Shown in pieces: positions 61,701-64,000 of a stretch of DNA of 64,000 bases. A model generated the notes under the pieces. It saw only the letters and a list, made by a program, of their open reading frames with translations, was not told the DNA's origin and did not search any database. Source of the DNA: Cyanidioschyzon merolae (taxonomy: Eukaryota); NCBI GenBank assembly GCA_000091205.1, contig AP006502.2. The stretch is one strand, 5' to 3'. A program made the translations under genes and the position numbers. How positions within the stretch are numbered: position 1 is the stretch's first letter; each line of letters begins with the position of its first letter.

Positions 61701-64000
61701 GCTGAAGCAGAGCCCGACAACCAGCGTTCGATCAGCGGTACGACGCTCGACATCAATGCTTGCTTCTGATCCAGAGGATGTGCTCGTACTACTACTGTTG
61801 TCGCTACTGTTGTCTTGCGTCTGGTCGTCAAGGTTGAGCGGGATGAGAAGCAGCGAGGGTGCAGCACCTGCCTCGAGGTGCAGTTGCCAGCTGATGGCCC
61901 CCGCTTCATGAGTGATCGCAACATCGCCCTCGCGTGATGACTCCGGGGCGGCAACCGCGTCACTAGAAACCGACTGCTGATGCTGTTGCTGGTGTACCTC
62001 GTTCGTCTCGTCGATGGACGATTTGGAATCGCTCGTGTCGTTCGGATCTTGAACCGTGGGGATGGGCGCTCTTATCTCTGCAGCTGACGCTGTCGAATCA
62101 TCGGTGCCATCTGCTGCACGAAACTCCTGCCAGATGCGCTTCAACAGGGCGAGTTCGAGAAAAACGCGCGCATCTTGGAGTCGAATCTGCACTCGAGCCT
62201 GAGTTGATGCCTCAGTTGCAGCGCTCGTGTCGTTCCAGTACCGGACTCGAAGGCAGGGCAACATCACCAATTCACCCTGAGCACCGAGGTAGTGACTGCG
62301 CTCTGTGCGGAGGCGCACCGCTTGTGCTTGGAACCGAAGCGCTTCAGAGCGTCCACAATACCGATACTGGAGCGTTAACTTGGAGGCAGCGAGATCAGCG
62401 AGAGCCAGTTCATCGATGCTCGCTGGATGATCCTGTTGGTCCAGATACTGACCTGGATTACGCAACGATGACGATGACGGTGCTTGTTCGCCTGGTGTTC
62501 TGCTTGCGGATGCGTCGGTTTTGCTAGTGTGGTGTTGCGGCCACAAGGTGAAGAAGAAACGCTCCAGGTGCAACTGGGTGCTGCCCTGGGGTACGCCCGC
62601 GACTGTGCTGTTTGCGGCTTGTGCATTACGGGCGACGGATGCTCCGCCACCGTCTTCGGTGAACGTCATCGTCATTGCAGGCTCGCTAGCACTCGCACTA
62701 TGTTGCGTCAGGGTATCCCTAGTGCTACGATATTTCGTAGCGTTCGTGCTAGCGCTCGTGCTTGTCATCACTGGAGGTTTGGAGCTCGGCACCTGACACG
62801 TCTCGTATTGCTCCAGCTGATACTGATACACGGCGTCTTCAAGTCGACGGATCCAGTCTAGGACGTCATTCAGGAGCGCAAGGTCGTGGACTGTTCCAAG
62901 CGCGTGCACCGTCGGAACCCGAATGAAGGTTGCGGCTTTGTCGCGCTGCCAACAGAGGACCCAGTCGACTTGATTGGTCAGCGCCTTCTCCTTGTCGTTG
63001 CTCCCAGTGAGACGCCACAACTGCGACTCTTGGATGCGTAGTCGACAGACGCAATCCATGAGATTGGGAGTTTCGATTTCGCCTACCTCGAGGACAAGCG
63101 TTGCTGGTAATGTTGCAGCCTGCATGTGCAACTGAACGTCCTGGATGTGAAGCTCGACGAAGACGACGTACGCATCCTTCTTCGCTGGCGCATGTGGAGG
63201 CAGCTTATCTTCAAGCAACGCTGTTGATGCTGGCTGCTTTGTCGCGGTGCGCGCCTCTTGGTCGACGGGGCACTGCTGTCTTGCTGTCGCTGTTTGCCCT
63301 GAGCAGGGCGCTGTGTGTCCGTCAGCGCTCCCGATGGTATCAACGAGGTCGTGTGTAGAGCGCTGCATGAGCACATCGTACACGTCGAGGTGCAACAGCC
63401 ACTCGAGCTGCAACCACATGGACCAGAGCTGACGACATTTGGCCTCGTCCGCGTGGATACGCACCTTGACGATCTGGAGAGCGCATTTCGACGCAGTCGG
63501 AGCACCAGCATGCGTCGTCTGTTGCCAGTGACAGGTCAGGGCAGCGGGTCGTAGGTCGTAGGAGCGTCCAGCGTCCTCAGTGGATGATGCATTCGCCGTC
63601 CGATGATCAAGAAGCACATCACCGAAACGGAGGAGCGGTTGCGCGGTCTGATTGGTGACTTGACCTCCCTGCACAAAGCACGCGAGGTGTTGGCGGACTG
63701 CCTGGAGCTGCTCCCGATCCAGCGATGATGATGATGATGACAGGAACAACGCGTCTACGTCGTCGCATACGAGGTCGATGGCGAAAAGCGATAAGCGCCA
63801 CGTTTTTTCATCTGCTGGGGTGATCACGGGTGCGTTCGCTGCCTGAGCGGCAGCCTCAGCTCGGCGGATGTGATCCTCGACGAGTGTTTGGAGCCGGAGC
63901 CAGCTGCTCGCCGGTATCGTGGTGCACAAGGGCGCACACCAGGTGATCCAAAGCTGGAGCATTTGCACGATTTGCGCACAGATACCAGACGGGTGCCATT
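52710..64000 (-). CDS. Giant single-exon ORF of more than 3,750 codons, 5'-truncated by the window end. Putative VPS13/chorein-family bridge-like lipid-transfer protein.
   Basis: The frame stays open on the minus strand from the stop at 52710 past base 64000. I checked that 63969-64000 contains no in-frame stop. The track's M at 63968 is a GTG. The C-terminal region contains LVQHLVRHYQQQLNREVWKVISSAEWLGNP..., which resembles the VPS13 C-terminal block (HY..Q...Q..K.LGS.D.LGNP) as I recall it. This is followed by a PH-like tail. The body is a huge low-complexity protein with poly-D, poly-S, poly-K, (HQ)n, (ND)n and poly-A runs. These are encoded by the (ATC)10 run at 61401..61430, the (ATG)8 run at 60330..60353 and the (GCTGGT)6 run at 59141..59180. 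Confidence 0.5.
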   Translation of the reverse strand, partial: WHPSGICAQIVQMLQLWITWCAPLCTTIPASSWLRLQTLVEDHIRRAEAAAQAANAPVITPADEKTWRLSLFAIDLVCDDVDALFLSSSSSSLDREQLQAVRQHLACFVQGGQVTNQTAQPLLRFGDVLLDHRTANASSTEDAGRSYDLRPAALTCHWQQTTHAGAPTASKCALQIVKVRIHADEAKCRQLWSMWLQLEWLLHLDVYDVLMQRSTHDLVDTIGSADGHTAPCSGQTATARQQCPVDQEARTATKQPASTALLEDKLPPHAPAKKDAYVVFVELHIQDVQLHMQAATLPATLVLEVGEIETPNLMDCVCRLRIQESQLWRLTGSNDKEKALTNQVDWVLCWQRDKAATFIRVPTVHALGTVHDLALLNDVLDWIRRLEDAVYQYQLEQYETCQVPSSKPPVMTSTSASTNATKYRSTRDTLTQHSASASEPAMTMTFTEDGGGASVARNAQAANSTVAGVPQGSTQLHLERFFFTLWPQHHTSKTDASASRTPGEQAPSSSSLRNPGQYLDQQDHPASIDELALADLAASKLTLQYRYCGRSEALRFQAQAVRLRTERSHYLGAQGELVMLPCLRVRYWNDTSAATEASTQARVQIRLQDARVFLELALLKRIWQEFRAADGTDDSTASAAEIRAPIPTVQDPNDTSDSKSSIDETNEVHQQQHQQSVSSDAVAAPESSREGDVAITHEAGAISWQLHLEAGAAPSLLLIPLNLDDQTQDNSSDNSSSTSTSSGSEASIDVERRTADRTLVVGLCFSGKAVFWDRPKWYRVPGYEQAYPRDLVVASLVATASSLASYIDEQGRWRSRPQIPPMNHRHYHCQTRYRDASTGQHDSISALSSQADKNGTDDDDDDDDDDRFSAFDVRAADSRPLSTPAGGLAASALWLRGCALHLQQCLVRNCAYPHVEKRLSWSTLDIHWNNDWWRRRASSSVGQHRNSFSSGSSSSSLSSLSTSDEAPCALSEPRWYQVDGRLVTLTMHVAGAAVSIPVDAGAGAGASAGAYATSSLQWSLQIDNLSVRVLQHVIPWTALWLQVQGSCRAFLTDELVLEPARLQLQLQQLERQTAAVNNDNDNDNDNSNGIAADACCGSHEASTLPARQTLLRLSSTDALCLNITPRIAAAVERTLQIQAGRPERAALVVPVRPQCGTLALVNASGLPLHLSAYGTLAVDEMRYVPRASFYQDIAVHALDQNPQVLRLSEWRRFLTSSSSSSSLDAPLDNRSGGVSRSEALSWVAPDAALELVAIQALQWPCLVLVVVLYRRKSVVSEKVTATGQTAATPDPQWLCRFESPLYWENQTPLCLSLWTHDTTSNVRNTPCCIARFEATANPTAVQNGASSFASRTNIRAASLFAPTPCVWQLCTELDDDAMVPDVDASSTRLPAPSMLGCEAQQPRQVQCSEHDACPQVTAPNVCRTGEHGVSNASAVASVHPASYLWSWFVDLAQNVRDDESRVLWLGPLAPSPIPSRRPRTRSARHLNPEPDPIWGALLTAQVIRRVPTSNEAVSVPLVLVTLHAPWQIRNASIEPVFVDRATLLWPGQVYRSCRMDALFDLECALSAAKAVASTTGAPSAPTDPSRKRLATRATLGGAPESETNLHDQHQHQHQHQHPARNASDSAEDTSIPTSCCWQPAHWVSLALPEAFEPPPMALLEELQVDSTAAAANANAKDCTRAGVPGARRATVQEVAGWRQQRRPKAATSHQRHLPRYRGHQSKSTSTAASDSSAFLLPGRVWIQLPTTASTDLFPIHPWLDELVTSQTEAVVASDRGALALSSQVCRSLAIRDRSPHRTANEPNAAAAAAEAAEAAAAEAATIHADAIEHECDDYRRRVVYDAPRWLAPWPWKPAETMSPLGTCFAVDFGWEHPRALRQITLCVPELWCSLWTASPTTLMQAIPAERRSWCSQLRRHLANWIDTGRPGVQSDLETVQAEQATATAAPQTPIQSVAYPCSSSSSSSSSSSMPLTCRECAPPRPISAHTTGAFDAFENARYGRLPYQARGGGHNGGPVCGQVLPLTLAPCPWTAWSLPELALSWRTAHTEWSAWCAGTRLAHEALVISLYAVAGERKPHRWTRAMLASPAAVLQQPSAWQRLASAHGADRAPTQAAVTVADAVVHVAATGTPEVKTSPLRLVRSRHASVSTPLETDARWPWLVSSSLAAAPAAAAATTPHSRLSQVSRSIAPRFSAWSPAAAVAETWPSSSSSTPTTFDGAYVPRPRQLDAVVCVQPLGYPLERSRLLVVYPRYRLVNLWPAYTLLVWPVDQDTGDECLSFGAANPRAGTHSPGSDLDLVDVRPTAANDIDRLLADGSVFRLEPGAMATLHWPAGTNKPCLRIRIAAPGWYWSGRVPVTAGSDWCLRLRQASTGACQFPRVHTAAGTSPVTPVHLVTILPPHPLLVPYRIRNQTIERIRFAQRLEPAHCRSGCCMKQTQDVIDDDALQALDPLSECAYTWDEPLAEPILELWIDGIGYVGAFRLEPELHSHASVAAVHGETQVATDSGVSGDRTNGRSRHRGYHDGKRTGQAVQLRVIPRLQQCRTRLWQLVGLGCRRRRHRRRRVHVASQTAVHLVCNQSVRWCVANSAGAPGAASRSRTFQIRLQRCQATLALIIAENEQQQEQPAVPRRSSQSRGASTSLQRSVDERHDVSTETSPSETPLDALPASTTMHYAGAGIDRHASAFTCELCVPEMGISLLRMTTTTREPPLFEQVVYLGIRGVDARWHHVKRTQDGSDMLRQKASLDESYHGEVAFVCEALQLDHSSALQHPTLPGAWCVPLRLHSVAANDAASRTSRALSLASDHERHSKKKKKKKSSIRPDHNTSRQLDRLAVVSWFSLRRRPVSYACQGSASAPGASSLSASVASRRWTSDDGAWRAPKQAACVLRTRFESSSTGAHTFLRIHSGQVRCGRLDLDIDASLVVQMVDWFVAWRRQVDAMTPVETSADALRMASVGAEQQDQELEIFWTPSMGLVAATSAQRLTQARARSSSSRRAGAAARILRDGNAPASRYCWTCRSGDTSSSRSSLSSMPLSRSLRESLTQCTARRESDCSCCQYDAGANEALGSSAAQYRAGADACQLLRRALEQALLRGVPSVSQVQQRSERSLRLAFHDVVCAPLACTLSVRTDLVSLGTLLQYRGSEWPRLTALMLTPLMNVQDASLWLRELVLDGTFETSDDLVQHLVRHYQQQLNREVWKVISSAEWLGNPARYARHLSRLVRQIARQLGALLRQRHRHRILGAAAALSLGYGAGLGAASLDAFHRMIALAAGTLRQHIGLATLALDIAARMPGAAHNRSIPDANSGAARFLERRVQVSGTGGASHGHQHQQRYSKTDAVVPGSPAERASSSKVERLRRRWRWRWWWHAAAGQRMGILLATPLLFMMQATATVLAIARDLLDQAAWHLIESAAGETAWTWSVAEWSAPLRPPRMPSTKLDHSYDIEDAVLGYELWQMLDQASSSELLSEQYRFCCRPVPNEAVLCTNRRLWHLRLPTNGPFSVNRSSCSWQVLDELQWSDVIMLWLMPPGYDKLHVLALAPEQVMPQIRCPCVLNLKQRQHPVRADTAAQATLTKESRCWRCFWRRVYWFIQRWVPASADDLVLRLKMLPRRTSRGWRLLTIPLTSAVVANAVADRLQTVWYVALCRSRSPCSRVVVMERWWLPQLRLDQSGPREQAECPEAPWRVQKRSKASPDSRCNTTASIIGRTDAKQAGYGESATPNAWQRCRQPHLFQGFVPVPRGWADALYAYDASVSFPLGVYFRS

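Overview
This window is nuclear DNA from a GC-rich, intron-poor eukaryote that carries a plastid. The eukaryotic assignment rests on several calls. A mitochondrial-type F1 ATP synthase alpha subunit has an N-terminal presequence. There are also a proteasome lid subunit (RPN8), RuvB-like 2, SAS10/UTP3, a Pumilio-type NOP9 and an E2F-family transcription factor. The plastid assignment rests on an MEP-pathway enzyme (IspF), a malonyl-CoA:ACP transacylase (FabD), GrpE, ribosome-recycling factor and an HCF107-like HAT-repeat protein. All of these carry Arg/Ala/Ser-rich N-terminal extensions, several with a Phe close to the first Met.

I can support about 20 protein-coding genes, and every one reads as a single uninterrupted ORF. 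The calls are: MDAR (3'-truncated at the window start), the HCF107-like HAT protein, a divergent alpha-carbonic anhydrase, a conserved hypothetical protein of 746 aa, RRF, FabD, GrpE, NOP9, a Bax-inhibitor-1 family protein, RuvBL2, an A20/AN1 zinc-finger protein, RPN8, SAS10/UTP3, an atypical two-domain E2F (E2F7/8/DEL type), ATP synthase alpha, an IspF–HisE fusion, and a giant single-exon ORF that runs off the window end. The giant ORF is over 3,750 codons and its C-terminal region looks VPS13-like.

The non-coding features are these. A 634-bp dispersed repeat occurs as two direct copies about 18 kb apart. There are four short tandem-repeat arrays with 87–98 bp units. There are several GT-type and trinucleotide microsatellites. 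Several intergenic deserts of 2.4–3.7 kb contain no recognisable gene.

One caveat applies to the ORF track. It accepts non-ATG starts (TTG, GTG) and displays them as M. I re-anchored the gene starts on the first in-frame ATG where I could read it.

The most unusual item is the continuous ORF in which a complete IspF (MEcPP synthase) domain is followed in frame by a complete HisE (phosphoribosyl-ATP pyrophosphohydrolase) domain. It is preceded by a plastid-type leader. I do not know this domain architecture.

I found no rRNA, tRNA, CRISPR array or prokaryotic operon structure. All percentages and identities below are read by eye, not computed.
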